Source of the DNA: Calditrichia bacterium
GTDB lineage: Bacteria; Calditrichota; Calditrichia; RBG-13-44-9; J075
DNA length: 64,000 nucleotides
Assembly: GCA_050633245.1 (NCBI GenBank)
Contig: JBOEGD010000020.1
Coordinates: 269,712-333,711, forward strand
Direction: 5' to 3'
Positions 19,663 through 29,291 of the stretch are shown one piece after another. The position numbers and the translations under genes are program-made. Each line of letters begins with the position of its first letter. Position 1 is the first letter of the stretch. Under the pieces are notes generated by a model that made no database searches, was not told where the DNA came from, and worked only from the letters and a program-made list of their open reading frames with translations.

Positions 19663-22146
19663 ATGCAATCCCGATTGAAACTGATTATGATGCTGATCTG
19701 TTTCCTGCTAGTGGGTCAGCTTTTTGCCCAGGGAACCGGAAGTCCGAATGTACCGCTTTTGGCAAACTTTAACCCTTACCCCAGCGTTGGTTATAGTGAT
19801 GTGTGGGGATATACTGCCCCAGATGGCCGCGAATATGCTTTACTTGGCGCCCGTAATGGCCTAAGTATTGTCGATATTACCGATACTGGTAATGTGCAGG
19901 AAGTTGCTTTTATTGCCAGCCCCAATTCATCCTGGAAAGATTACAAAACGTATGATACGTATGCATATGCCGTTACTGAGGCCAATGATGTTGTGCAGAT
20001 CATCGATCTGTCGAATTTGCCAAACGGTGCAGCAGTAGTCAATACCTGGAGCACAAACGCTACCAATCCACACAATGTATATATCGATACCGAAGCGGGT
20101 ATTATGTATGTCATTGAGGACTTTAACTTCAACAATTCAGTTAAAGCTCTCAGCCTGGCAGATCCCGTAAACCCAACATTCATTACTGCTTTTGCAGCTG
20201 ACTGTCATGATGTTGCGACGCAATCTGGTCGTCTGTATGTGGCCGGTGGAAGCAATCCCTTCATCGATCTATACGATGTAACGAATATCAATAGCCCGCA
20301 GTTGATCACCAGCGTAGCAATTCCTGCGGCAGGTTACGTCCACAATGTCTGGTCTACCGCAGACAATAATTATATGATGACCACTGAAGAAACCGGTGGT
20401 AAAACGATCAAGTATTGGGACATCACTGATCCAATGAGCCCAAGCATTGTAAGTGAAGTGCTTGCACCCGATGGCTTGGCACACAATGCCTTCATCAAAG
20501 GTAACTATGCTTATGTGTCGCACTATGGTGATGGCCTGCGAATTTATGATCTCAATGATCCCAGTAATGTCTTCGAAGCTGGCTTCTATGACACATGGGC
20601 TCCGCCATCGGGAACCTTTGACGGTGCCTGGGGCGCTTATCCTTATTTTGCTTCCGGCAAAGTTCTGATTTCTGATCAGACAACCGGTTTGTATGTGGTT
20701 TTCTTTGCAGGGGCAGTCGACGCCGACGCTCTTGATCCTAAAGCACCGGAGAACCTAATTGCCTATAGCGATTATACCTCCCCGACCGAAATGCAGCTAA
20801 GCTGGACCGATCCAACAGAATTGATTAACGGGGATCCAATACCCTCCGGTGGTTTTACTATTGAAGTCGAGCGAGATGGAATTATGATTGGCGGCACTTA
20901 TCCTGGTATTCAAGGCTATACCGATACGGGTCTTACCGATGGCCAAACGTACGAGTACAAGATAAGTGTTCGCCTTCAAGCTACAGACAGTACCAGTCGT
21001 CAGATTGGTGCTTCATGGACTGCCGGTGGAGCTGCAATGCCATCTGCCCCTGAAATCACCGGATTGGACGGCGACGCGAATCAGGTAAATATTACCTGGA
21101 GCAACCCAAGCAAGAATGTTGACGGAACGCCAATGGATGACCTTGCTGAAATTCGTCTGTATCAGGACGGTGCTTTTGTTGCCTCTTTCTCTCAGGCGAC
21201 AAGCGATAGCGGTGCCACTGTAACCGAATCCTACACACCGGCAACAGCCGGCAACTATGCCTATACAATTACGAGCGTGGATAACGAATCTCCGGAAAAT
21301 GAGAGTGTTGTTTCCAATTCCGCATTTACCCCGCTTTCTGCTCCGTTCTCAGACAATTTTACTACCGCTGGTGTGCCGAACACCAGCATGTGGATGACGA
21401 CGAACGTGGATGTAACCAATCGCGCCAGTGGAGAGGTGAGTGCTCCGTTCTCGATGACGTTGAATGGTAACCCCGATGGTGAAGATATTGTAGAGTCTCT
21501 GCCGATTAACTTAGCTGGTCTTGAAAACAATCAGGTAATGATGACCTATTGGTATCAGCCTGCCGGAACCGGTAATGACCCGGAAGTTCAGGATAGTCTG
21601 CAGCTCTTCTTCAAAAATGATCAAAATCAGTGGGTTGTTATCAATGCCTATCCCGGTCGCCCATTTCAGGCTTTCCAGGAGGTTACGGTAGATCTTGGCA
21701 CGCTGCCTGCCGATCGCGGTAATATGTTCCACAGTCAGTTCCAGATGCGTTTCCGCAGTCTTGGTTCGCAGAGCACTACTCAGTTCTTTGATGAGTGGTT
21801 TATCGATGATTTAAATCTGGATCTTGGAATTGCTACCGGTATCGGAGATGATGAACTTAGTGCGATTACTGAGTTTAAGCTTGAGGCAAACTATCCGAAT
21901 CCATTCAATCCGACAACAACCATTAGCTATCAGCTGCCAAAGAGCAGCGATGTGCGCCTGACGATTTACAATACGTTAGGTCAGCGCGTTCGCACGCTGG
22001 TTGATGCGAATCGTTCTGCCGGTGCATATGATGTGGTATGGAATGGCCGAAATGATGCCGGCGCACAGGTTGGTACCGGATTGTATTTCTACATTATCGA
22101 AACATCTGGTTTTACCCAGACTCGCAAGATGATGCTGTTGAAGTAA
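19663..22146 (+). CDS. Choice-of-anchor B secreted protein with FN3-like domains and FlgD-Ig/T9SS-like C-terminus, paralogue 2
   Basis: Same N-terminal propeller motifs; two FN3-like modules; NYPNPFNP. Confidence 0.88.
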   Translation: MQSRLKLIMMLICFLLVGQLFAQGTGSPNVPLLANFNPYPSVGYSDVWGYTAPDGREYALLGARNGLSIVDITDTGNVQEVAFIASPNSSWKDYKTYDTYAYAVTEANDVVQIIDLSNLPNGAAVVNTWSTNATNPHNVYIDTEAGIMYVIEDFNFNNSVKALSLADPVNPTFITAFAADCHDVATQSGRLYVAGGSNPFIDLYDVTNINSPQLITSVAIPAAGYVHNVWSTADNNYMMTTEETGGKTIKYWDITDPMSPSIVSEVLAPDGLAHNAFIKGNYAYVSHYGDGLRIYDLNDPSNVFEAGFYDTWAPPSGTFDGAWGAYPYFASGKVLISDQTTGLYVVFFAGAVDADALDPKAPENLIAYSDYTSPTEMQLSWTDPTELINGDPIPSGGFTIEVERDGIMIGGTYPGIQGYTDTGLTDGQTYEYKISVRLQATDSTSRQIGASWTAGGAAMPSAPEITGLDGDANQVNITWSNPSKNVDGTPMDDLAEIRLYQDGAFVASFSQATSDSGATVTESYTPATAGNYAYTITSVDNESPENESVVSNSAFTPLSAPFSDNFTTAGVPNTSMWMTTNVDVTNRASGEVSAPFSMTLNGNPDGEDIVESLPINLAGLENNQVMMTYWYQPAGTGNDPEVQDSLQLFFKNDQNQWVVINAYPGRPFQAFQEVTVDLGTLPADRGNMFHSQFQMRFRSLGSQSTTQFFDEWFIDDLNLDLGIATGIGDDELSAITEFKLEANYPNPFNPTTTISYQLPKSSDVRLTIYNTLGQRVRTLVDANRSAGAYDVVWNGRNDAGAQVGTGLYFYIIETSGFTQTRKMMLLK
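21127..21842 (+). repeat. ~715-bp near-identical intragenic duplication, copy 1 (copy 2 at 24643-25358)
   Basis: Direct read-across at a constant 3516-bp offset; differences mostly synonymous. Confidence 0.9.
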
Positions 22147-22168
22147 GACTTTATTTGGTATGACTTTG

Positions 22169-22206
22169 AAAAACCGGGAGCGTTTAAATGTTCCCGGTTT
22201 TTTTTT
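22169..22206 (+). terminator. Rho-independent terminator
   Basis: AAAAACCGGGAGCGT..ATGTTCCCGGTTTTTTTTT; homologous to the terminator at 25688. Confidence 0.85.
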
Positions 22207-22314
22207 GCAGTTTAGAAAAATGCGTGTAACTTGATGTAAGATGTTTTTTGTGGCTTTCAGCTTCAGCTTGCGTAGGCAGCTCTTATAACACAGATAAATT
22301 AAGATGGTATCCAG

Positions 22315-23073
22315 ATGAACCAATCAACAAAAGGCCTGGTGCTTGTTACCGGTGGTAGTCGTGGTATTGGTGCAGAGACCGCTATGCTTGCCGCTGCCAG
22401 AGGGTACACGGTTTGCGTGAATTTTCACTCAAACAGCAGGGCTGCAGAAAAGGTTGTCTGGCGAATTGAAGAATCAGGGGGCAGTGCAACATCGTTTAAG
22501 GCAGACATCTCTATTGAAGCCGATGTGCTTCGCCTGTTCGAATATACTGATTCGCTTCCCGAATCTCTGGTTGGTTTGGTAAATAATGCCGGTATACTGG
22601 AAACGCAAATGCCACTTGTGGAAATGACCGCCGCGCGTATAGAACGAATTTTTTCTATAAACGTAACGGGTTGCTTTCTTTGTGCTCGTGAAGCGATTAA
22701 ACGTATGAGCGTTAAAAGTGGTGGAAATGGTGGTTCAATTGTGAATATCTCTTCGGTCGCATCCAGAACGGGTTCCCCGCATGAGTATATTGATTATGCT
22801 GCCTCAAAGGGGGCAATCGATACGATGACGATTGGACTCGCAAAGGAGGTCGCTGCTGAAGACATTCGCGTGAACTGTGTGCGCCCCGGGCTAACGCATA
22901 CAGAAATTCACGCCAGTGGTGGTGAAGCGAATCGAATAGAACGATTAAAAGGAAGAATTCCGCTACAGCGAGGTGGCTTGCCGGAAGAGGTTGCTGCTGC
23001 AGTTGTTTGGCTGCTCTCGGAAGAAGCTTCCTACACGACAGGCGCCCTTCTGGATGTAGCAGGAGGACTTTAA
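22315..23073 (+). CDS. SDR oxidoreductase (YgfF-like)
   Basis: TGGSRGIG, NNAG, YAASK, RVNCVRPG. Confidence 0.93.
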   Translation: MNQSTKGLVLVTGGSRGIGAETAMLAAARGYTVCVNFHSNSRAAEKVVWRIEESGGSATSFKADISIEADVLRLFEYTDSLPESLVGLVNNAGILETQMPLVEMTAARIERIFSINVTGCFLCAREAIKRMSVKSGGNGGSIVNISSVASRTGSPHEYIDYAASKGAIDTMTIGLAKEVAAEDIRVNCVRPGLTHTEIHASGGEANRIERLKGRIPLQRGGLPEEVAAAVVWLLSEEASYTTGALLDVAGGL

Positions 23074-23187
23074 CTTTCTGTTAATTAGCTCACCGTAAGT
23101 AATAAAAATTTAGCCCACATTAGTAGTCTGCATTGTCTACTTTGATGACACATATCTAAATATTTATCTCTATTAGAAAGGGATCTT

Positions 23188-25662
23188 ATGCGCTCATTAT
23201 CGCAACTAATCTTTGTCTTGCTAATTATTTTTTTAACGCTACCACTTTTTGCTCAAGGTCAGGGTTCACCGAATGTAACGCTTCTCGCGAATGTTGACCA
23301 GTATAGCAGCACCGGATATAATGATATTTGGGGCTATACTGCACCGGATGGCCGTGAGTATGCTTTGTTAGGTGTTCTGAACGGCACCAGCATTATCGAT
23401 ATCACTGATCCCGCGAATACGACCGAGATTAACTTTATCTCGTCTGCTCAATCTACCTGGCGAGACATTAAAACATATCAGACCTACGCGTATGTTGTGA
23501 ATGAAACTAGTGGCGGAATACAAATTATCGACCTATCGGATCTTCCTAACTCTGCTAACTTAATTACCTCATCCAATATTTTATCTGCTTCGCACAATAT
23601 CTATGTCGACGAACCTGCAGGCATTTTGTATTCTGAAGGTGAAAGTGGCTTGGCCGTTCGGATAATTAGTCTTGCCGATCCGGAAAACCCGGTTCAGATT
23701 TCGAGTATATCAGGTCAGTGTCACGATATATATGCACAGGATGGAGTGCTCGTTGTTTCCGAAGGAACGAATGCTTCTTTTGGTTTTTATGATGTTAGTG
23801 ATCCTGCAAACCCTACGCTTATTACACGCTTGAACGTTCCGGCTGGTGGCTATGCTCATAATGCCTGGATGACCGCAGATGGTAACCATATGATGACCAC
23901 TGAAGAAACCGGTGGTAAAACCGTTAAGCATTGGGATATTTCTGATTTCACTAATATAACTTTGGTATCCGAGGTTCTGGCGCCAGATGGTATTGCCCAT
24001 AATGCCCATATTAAACGCGAGTATTCTTATGTGTCGCATTATGGTGATGGTATGCGAATTTATGATGTCTCAGATCCGGCCAATGTAACAGAGGTTGGCT
24101 ATTACGATACCTTCCCGGGACCAGCTGGTGGTTTCGAAGGAAATTGGGGCGCTTATCCATTTCTCACAACGGGAAAAGTGTTAATCTCCGATCGTAGTAC
24201 CGGGCTATATGTCGTGCAGTTTGATGGTGCGATTGACGCCGATTTGCTCGACCCAAAATCGCCGGTTAGTTTAAATGCCTATAGCGATTATACAACCCCA
24301 ACTGGAATGACGCTTACCTGGACAGATCCCGACCAGTTTGTTAATGGTGATCCGCTGCCTTCGTCTGATCTTAGTATCGAGATTTCACGCGACGGCATTA
24401 TGGTTGGAACCGTTGCTGGTGGTACAGAGAGCTTTACTGACGCCGGACTTGTAGATGGACAAAGCTATAGCTACACGGCTTCTGCCCGAGTTATTTCGAA
24501 TGATAGCACAAGTTTTGAGGCGCGGGCAAGCTGGATCGCCGGTGGCTCAAAGATTCCTACAGCACCCACTCTGGTCGGTTTAGATGGCGATGCAAATGGC
24601 ATTACCATAACCTGGCGCAACGCGACAAAAAATATAGACGATACGCCAATGGATGACCTTGCTGAAATTCGTCTGTATCAGGACGGCTTATTTGTTGCCT
24701 CTTTCTCTCAGGCGACAAGCGATAGCGGTGCCACTGTAACCGAATCCTACACACCGGCAACAGCCGGCAACTATGCCTATACAATTACGAGCGTAGATAA
24801 CGAATCTCCGGAAAATGAGAGTGTTGTTTCCAATTCCGCATTTACCCCGCTTTCTGCGCCGTTCTCAGACAATTTTACTACCGCTGGTGTGCCGAACACC
24901 ACTATGTGGATGACCACTAATGTGGATGTAACCAATCGTGCAAGCGGCGAAGTGAGTGCACCGTTCTCGATGACGCTCAATGGAAATCCTGATGGAGAAG
25001 ACATTGTTGAGTCTTTGCCGATCAACCTGGCTGGTCTTGAAAACAATCAGGTAATGATGACCTATTGGTATCAGCCTGCCGGAACCGGTAATGACCCGGA
25101 AGTTCAGGACAGTCTACAGCTCTTCTTCAAAAATGATCAAAATCAGTGGGTTGTTATCAATGCCTATCCCGGTCGCCCATTTCAGGCTTTCCAGGAGGTT
25201 ACGGTCGATCTTGGCACGCTGCCTGCCGATCGTGGTAATATGTTCCACAGCCAGTTCCAGATGCGCTTCCGCAGCCTTGGTTCACAAAGCACGACTCAAT
25301 TCTTCGATGAGTGGTTTATCGATGATCTGAGTCTTGATCTCGGAATTGCTACCGGTATTGATGACGCAATTAGCGGCGTTATCAACGAGTTTAAACTGGA
25401 TGTGAACTTTCCCAATCCGTTTAACCCGTCTACTACGATTAGTTATCAACTGCCGAAGCAGAGCGATGTTTCCCTGACAATTGTCAATACGCTGGGTCAG
25501 AAAGTCCGCACACTTGTAGATGAATCTGTCTCTGCCGGAGCCTATGAAGTTGTCTGGAACGGTTTGAATGATGCAGGTCAGCAAGTGAGTAGCGGTCTTT
25601 ATTTTTATCGCATCGAAGCAGAAGGCTTCACGCAGACGCGTAAGATGATGCTGCTGAAATAA
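23188..25662 (+). CDS. Choice-of-anchor B secreted protein, paralogue 3
   Basis: Same architecture as 19663..22146; NFPNPFNP. Confidence 0.88.
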   Translation: MRSLSQLIFVLLIIFLTLPLFAQGQGSPNVTLLANVDQYSSTGYNDIWGYTAPDGREYALLGVLNGTSIIDITDPANTTEINFISSAQSTWRDIKTYQTYAYVVNETSGGIQIIDLSDLPNSANLITSSNILSASHNIYVDEPAGILYSEGESGLAVRIISLADPENPVQISSISGQCHDIYAQDGVLVVSEGTNASFGFYDVSDPANPTLITRLNVPAGGYAHNAWMTADGNHMMTTEETGGKTVKHWDISDFTNITLVSEVLAPDGIAHNAHIKREYSYVSHYGDGMRIYDVSDPANVTEVGYYDTFPGPAGGFEGNWGAYPFLTTGKVLISDRSTGLYVVQFDGAIDADLLDPKSPVSLNAYSDYTTPTGMTLTWTDPDQFVNGDPLPSSDLSIEISRDGIMVGTVAGGTESFTDAGLVDGQSYSYTASARVISNDSTSFEARASWIAGGSKIPTAPTLVGLDGDANGITITWRNATKNIDDTPMDDLAEIRLYQDGLFVASFSQATSDSGATVTESYTPATAGNYAYTITSVDNESPENESVVSNSAFTPLSAPFSDNFTTAGVPNTTMWMTTNVDVTNRASGEVSAPFSMTLNGNPDGEDIVESLPINLAGLENNQVMMTYWYQPAGTGNDPEVQDSLQLFFKNDQNQWVVINAYPGRPFQAFQEVTVDLGTLPADRGNMFHSQFQMRFRSLGSQSTTQFFDEWFIDDLSLDLGIATGIDDAISGVINEFKLDVNFPNPFNPSTTISYQLPKQSDVSLTIVNTLGQKVRTLVDESVSAGAYEVVWNGLNDAGQQVSSGLYFYRIEAEGFTQTRKMMLLK
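24643..25358 (+). repeat. ~715-bp near-identical intragenic duplication, copy 2
   Basis: Matches 21127-21842. Confidence 0.9.
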
Positions 25663-25687
25663 AATTTGCGTTTAATCTTTTATTGAG

Positions 25688-25721
25688 AACCGGGAACGTG
25701 TAAACGTTTCCGGTTTTTTTT
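25688..25721 (+). terminator. Rho-independent terminator
   Basis: AACCGGGAACGT-gtaa-ACGTTTCCGGTT plus T run. Confidence 0.85.
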
Positions 25722-25765
25722 ATTCAAAAAAACACGACAGGAATGATAATAAATAATAACGGGGA

Positions 25766-25827
25766 TGTTTGTTGTTGAAAATTGTTTGTTGTTGAAAATT
25801 GTGGCGTGGGTTATAACCCACGCCACA
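25766..25827. repeat. 17-bp tandem duplication (TGTTTGTTGTTGAAAAT x2) abutting a perfect 28-bp REP-like palindrome
   Basis: Duplication at 25766-25782 and 25783-25799; palindrome TGTGGCGTGGGTTA|TAACCCACGCCACA at 25800-25827. Confidence 0.85.
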
Positions 25828-25853
25828 CAATGGTGATTTTATATGGTCTTACG

Positions 25854-26342
25854 ATGAACAAACAATATGGTAAAACCCGGTCATACCGCCGTTGGTATGT
25901 AAATGGCGGATGTTATTTTTTTACGGTTGTAACCGAATTTCGTCGGCCGATTTTAACACGTCCAAATGAAATTTTGGTATTGCGAGATGCGTTTCGTCAT
26001 GTGATGCAACAATATCCGTTTAAAATAGACGCCATTGTTATATTGCCAGACCACCTTCATGCAATTTGGACGATGCCTAATGATTCAAGCAATTTTTCAA
26101 TTCGCTGGCGATTGATAAAAGCTTACTTCACTAAGAATTGTGATCCGTCCCTCAGAGTTTCTACCGGGCGGAGGTCAAAAATTTCCAAGGGAGAGCAAGA
26201 GATCTGGCAACGAAGATTTTGGGAACATCAGATAAAATCAGAGAATGAGCTACAAAATATCATTCGCTATATCCATAACAACCCTGTAAAGCACGGGTAT
26301 GTTTCAGATCCCAGAGATTGGCCATACTCTAGCTATTCTTAA
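25854..26342 (+). mobile_element. REP-associated tyrosine transposase (RAYT, Y1_Tnp/IS200-like HUH)
   Basis: YRR...GGCYFFTVVT, LPDHLHAIW (HUH), WQRRFWEH, YIHNNPVKHG, WPYSS; adjacent REP palindrome. Confidence 0.93.
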
Positions 26343-26363
26343 GAAAAATTATGTCATTTAATA

Positions 26364-27425
26364 TTAGCAACATCCACCGGGACCGTCATCTGAACTGCCA
26401 GACTCTCCCGGGGCACAATCGAATTCACCATAATGTGTAGAACGATCGCCAATGATGGTAAAATACTTACCAAAGCGAGTTTCTTCAACCATTGCAGCCG
26501 AGTTACCACAGACCAACATTGGCATTCCTGTCTTGAAAAGATGATGATCATCGAGCATAAACTCATGAGGCGAATCTTCTATTCCACCATTATAAAATGC
26601 CACCTGACCAAAGTCTTCACAGATATCCTCCAGGCTGTTCAGCTTGAAAGCGCGGATAGTCATTGAGTAAAAGTCGATCATACCGGCTCGCTTTTCGATC
26701 TCCGGATTGTCCAGCGAAATTTGACGACTGCTTACAACGCGGTAATCCAGACAGCCAATATCTTGAAGCATGCGGCGGAAGTCCTCTACATAGAGCGCTC
26801 CCGAAAGGCACTCACCATACAGAACGGGATCTTCGCGTAGCTCTGTCGGAATCCGTCTTCCGCTAAATACATCAGAGAAATACAGCTCACCGCCCGGCTT
26901 CAACACGCGAAAGATTTCGGCAAATACCTTTTCTTTTACCGGAGACAGGTTTATCACGCAGTTGGAGATAACCACATCCACAGAGTTGTCGGCAATGCCG
27001 AGTGCCGCAAGATCTTCAATGTAGCCGTGATGAAATTCCGTGTTCGGTTTGGAAAATCCAAATGCTTTTGCCTGCTCCTCGCGGTATTTGTTCGCAACCT
27101 GAAGCTGTTCTTCAGTCATATCTACTCCGATAACACGCCCCTTTTCACCAACAAGAGCCGAGGCCAGATACACGTCTCTGCCACTTCCACAACCGAGATC
27201 CAATACCGTCATTCCCTCCAGGGCAAGTGGCATTGGTGAACCGCAGCCGTAAAACTTTTCCATGACCTCATCTGCAATATTAGCAAGAATGGCTTTGTGC
27301 TTTTCAGGCAGGTCTTCAGTTGTACAGCACGCACTGGTTTGCAAGTCATCGGTATTAGCGAGTATCTTGCCATAATAATCTTTTACTACATCATGAGTCT
27401 TTGCATCGAGAGTTATGGTAGCCAT
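26364..27425 (-). CDS. arsM: Arsenite S-adenosylmethionine methyltransferase (AS3MT-like long form)
   Basis: TSACC, FYGCG, LDLGCGSGRD, ISNCVINL, YGECLSGA (the conserved As-binding Cys positions); C-terminal GGCC. Confidence 0.92.
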   Translation of the reverse strand: MATITLDAKTHDVVKDYYGKILANTDDLQTSACCTTEDLPEKHKAILANIADEVMEKFYGCGSPMPLALEGMTVLDLGCGSGRDVYLASALVGEKGRVIGVDMTEEQLQVANKYREEQAKAFGFSKPNTEFHHGYIEDLAALGIADNSVDVVISNCVINLSPVKEKVFAEIFRVLKPGGELYFSDVFSGRRIPTELREDPVLYGECLSGALYVEDFRRMLQDIGCLDYRVVSSRQISLDNPEIEKRAGMIDFYSMTIRAFKLNSLEDICEDFGQVAFYNGGIEDSPHEFMLDDHHLFKTGMPMLVCGNSAAMVEETRFGKYFTIIGDRSTHYGEFDCAPGESGSSDDGPGGCC

Positions 27426-27476
27426 ACATGTTCTCCTCGTAATATTTGATATGTTTTAATTGACAATTTTTGCACC

Positions 27477-28265
27477 TTAATAAACCCCTGTTTTCCTCTC
27501 TTTTGCCGGAAGTACCTCAAGACAGGTTGTCCACCAGCCGGTAAGAACGGTTTCGACAAACTCTTCAGGTAGCCCCTCCGAACGCATTTCGGAAGCTAGG
27601 CGTTGAAAGTCATAGGCAATGGGGATATAAGTAAACTCAGGCGTCTCCTTCAGTTCGAGAAGCATATAACCAACATGCGTTTCGCCATTGTTCTCCGGAC
27701 GACCGATGACCCCGACATTGGCAAAGTGTTTGTCGCTTCGTAAAGACCGCTGCCAATGAATTCCGGTATGGGTTGCGCAGATGATATCAGCCTGATGGTC
27801 ATCGCAAAGCTTGCTGAGGAAATGGTCGGGCGTGGTAGAGTGCCAGAGAAATTCATTCATCTTTCGTGGAGAACCATGGCAAAGTAGAACTCGGTAGTCC
27901 CCCAAAAGGAAGCGTATTTCTTCAGGTAACTCGCGCATCCAGACTTTGTTTGCGTCGCTGGTGTTTGCGAATGTATAGTCATAGCTCAGTTTGGCAAAAT
28001 AGTTGTCGCGCGGGTCGGTATAGCCACATTGACAATCCTCCAGATTGTTTCCGATCGAATTGTCGTAATTTCCTTGAACAACCGGGATGTTATTGTCCAT
28101 CAAGAGCGGGAATACCCGATCTGGATACGGACCAAATGCGCCGAGATCTCCGAGGCAGTAAATGCCATCGACACCGCGGTCTTGTGCATCTCGAATCGTT
28201 TCTTCCAGAGCGAGATAGTTGCTATATACGCCGCCAATGAGAGCTACTTTTTTATGTTCTTTCAA
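27477..28265 (-). CDS. Calcineurin-like metallophosphoesterase with CQCGY insert
   Basis: GGVYSN (variant of DxH), LGDL, GNYD, HGSP, THTG, NVG. Confidence 0.85.
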   Translation of the reverse strand: MKEHKKVALIGGVYSNYLALEETIRDAQDRGVDGIYCLGDLGAFGPYPDRVFPLLMDNNIPVVQGNYDNSIGNNLEDCQCGYTDPRDNYFAKLSYDYTFANTSDANKVWMRELPEEIRFLLGDYRVLLCHGSPRKMNEFLWHSTTPDHFLSKLCDDHQADIICATHTGIHWQRSLRSDKHFANVGVIGRPENNGETHVGYMLLELKETPEFTYIPIAYDFQRLASEMRSEGLPEEFVETVLTGWWTTCLEVLPAKERKTGVY

Positions 28266-28309
28266 TATTGCTACTACCTATTGTTTAGTGCTTGTGTCGC
28301 AATCATGAA

Positions 28310-29269
28310 TTAACCCATGACGCGTTTATCTTGCTGTCCCGCGTCTTGCTCTACTGGACGCGCGTTTTTAAGCGTCTCCTTGCTGCCCATAGTTGCATTC
28401 GTGCATATCGAGCCATAGAGATAGCAGGTATAGCAGGCTTGTTCGCTTAGATTATAGCTCTTGGTGGATTCTTTAAGCGTCTTGCCCATATAGGCGGACG
28501 GTGATTCCAGTAATATGGGGCAAACCACAACACCGCGATTTGTTGCCACACGACTATTTGAGCAAATGAGTTGGCTACAGTCATAATCGACCAACATTTC
28601 AGGCGTGATATGTTCGTAGCTGTCATAGCCACGTGTTCTGGCAATCTCTTTACCGATTTTCAAAGACGGCAAAATCTTTAAACGCGGGCGTTGATATCCG
28701 TGTTCTTTCAGAACGCGGATAAATCCTTCCATGACGGCTTCATCTTCAGTCTCTGCCCACGTTTTGGTTATGGTAATGATGGGAAGAAATCCATGCTCAT
28801 AAAGCAACTTGGTTCCCGCCATGGCTTTTTTAAAAACACCTTCACCGCGAATGGCATCGTTCATTTCTTCGGTGTATCCGTCCATGGAGATTCGCATTTC
28901 CAGCGAATAGCGTGATGCTGCTTCAATTTCCTGAAGGCGTTTGGCGCGCTTTTCTGTGATTAGCATGCCGTTAGAGAGAACCGTTGCCGGGCCATAGGTG
29001 AGTGTTAGTTCCAGAATTTCCAGCATCTGCTTGTTGATGAAGGGCTCTCCTCCGGTGAAGTAATATTCCTTCACACCCAACTCCACGGATTGCTCCAGAT
29101 AGCCATGAACTTCTTCCAGAGTCATAATACCAAAGTTGTGGTTTGTAGGGCTACAGCTGATAAAGCAATGACCGCAAGCAATATTGCAAAGCGTTCCGCT
29201 TACCTGGAACCACAGGTTGTCCAAAGAATCTAAATGCAGATCCGGATGCGCTGTTTGAGTTGCTGACAT
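28310..29269 (-). CDS. Radical SAM protein, ArsS-like
   Basis: CNIACGHC, FTGGEPF, and C-terminal Cys motifs (LICS, VCP, CYTC..GSIC) in the layout of ArsS; next to arsM. Confidence 0.8.
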   Translation of the reverse strand: MSATQTAHPDLHLDSLDNLWFQVSGTLCNIACGHCFISCSPTNHNFGIMTLEEVHGYLEQSVELGVKEYYFTGGEPFINKQMLEILELTLTYGPATVLSNGMLITEKRAKRLQEIEAASRYSLEMRISMDGYTEEMNDAIRGEGVFKKAMAGTKLLYEHGFLPIITITKTWAETEDEAVMEGFIRVLKEHGYQRPRLKILPSLKIGKEIARTRGYDSYEHITPEMLVDYDCSQLICSNSRVATNRGVVVCPILLESPSAYMGKTLKESTKSYNLSEQACYTCYLYGSICTNATMGSKETLKNARPVEQDAGQQDKRVMG

Positions 29270-29291
29270 TATTTGTTCCTTACACTTAAAA

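Noticed and set aside
21127-25358. Duplicated tract as a diversity-generating retroelement TR/VR pair
   Set aside because: Differences are mostly synonymous and not adenine-specific, both copies are in-frame coding sequence, and no reverse transcriptase is in the window.
26364-29269. Selenocysteine read-through in the radical SAM or ArsM genes, as in rSAM/selenodomain systems
   Set aside because: These ORFs end in TAA with complete Cys motifs; no in-frame TGA is needed.
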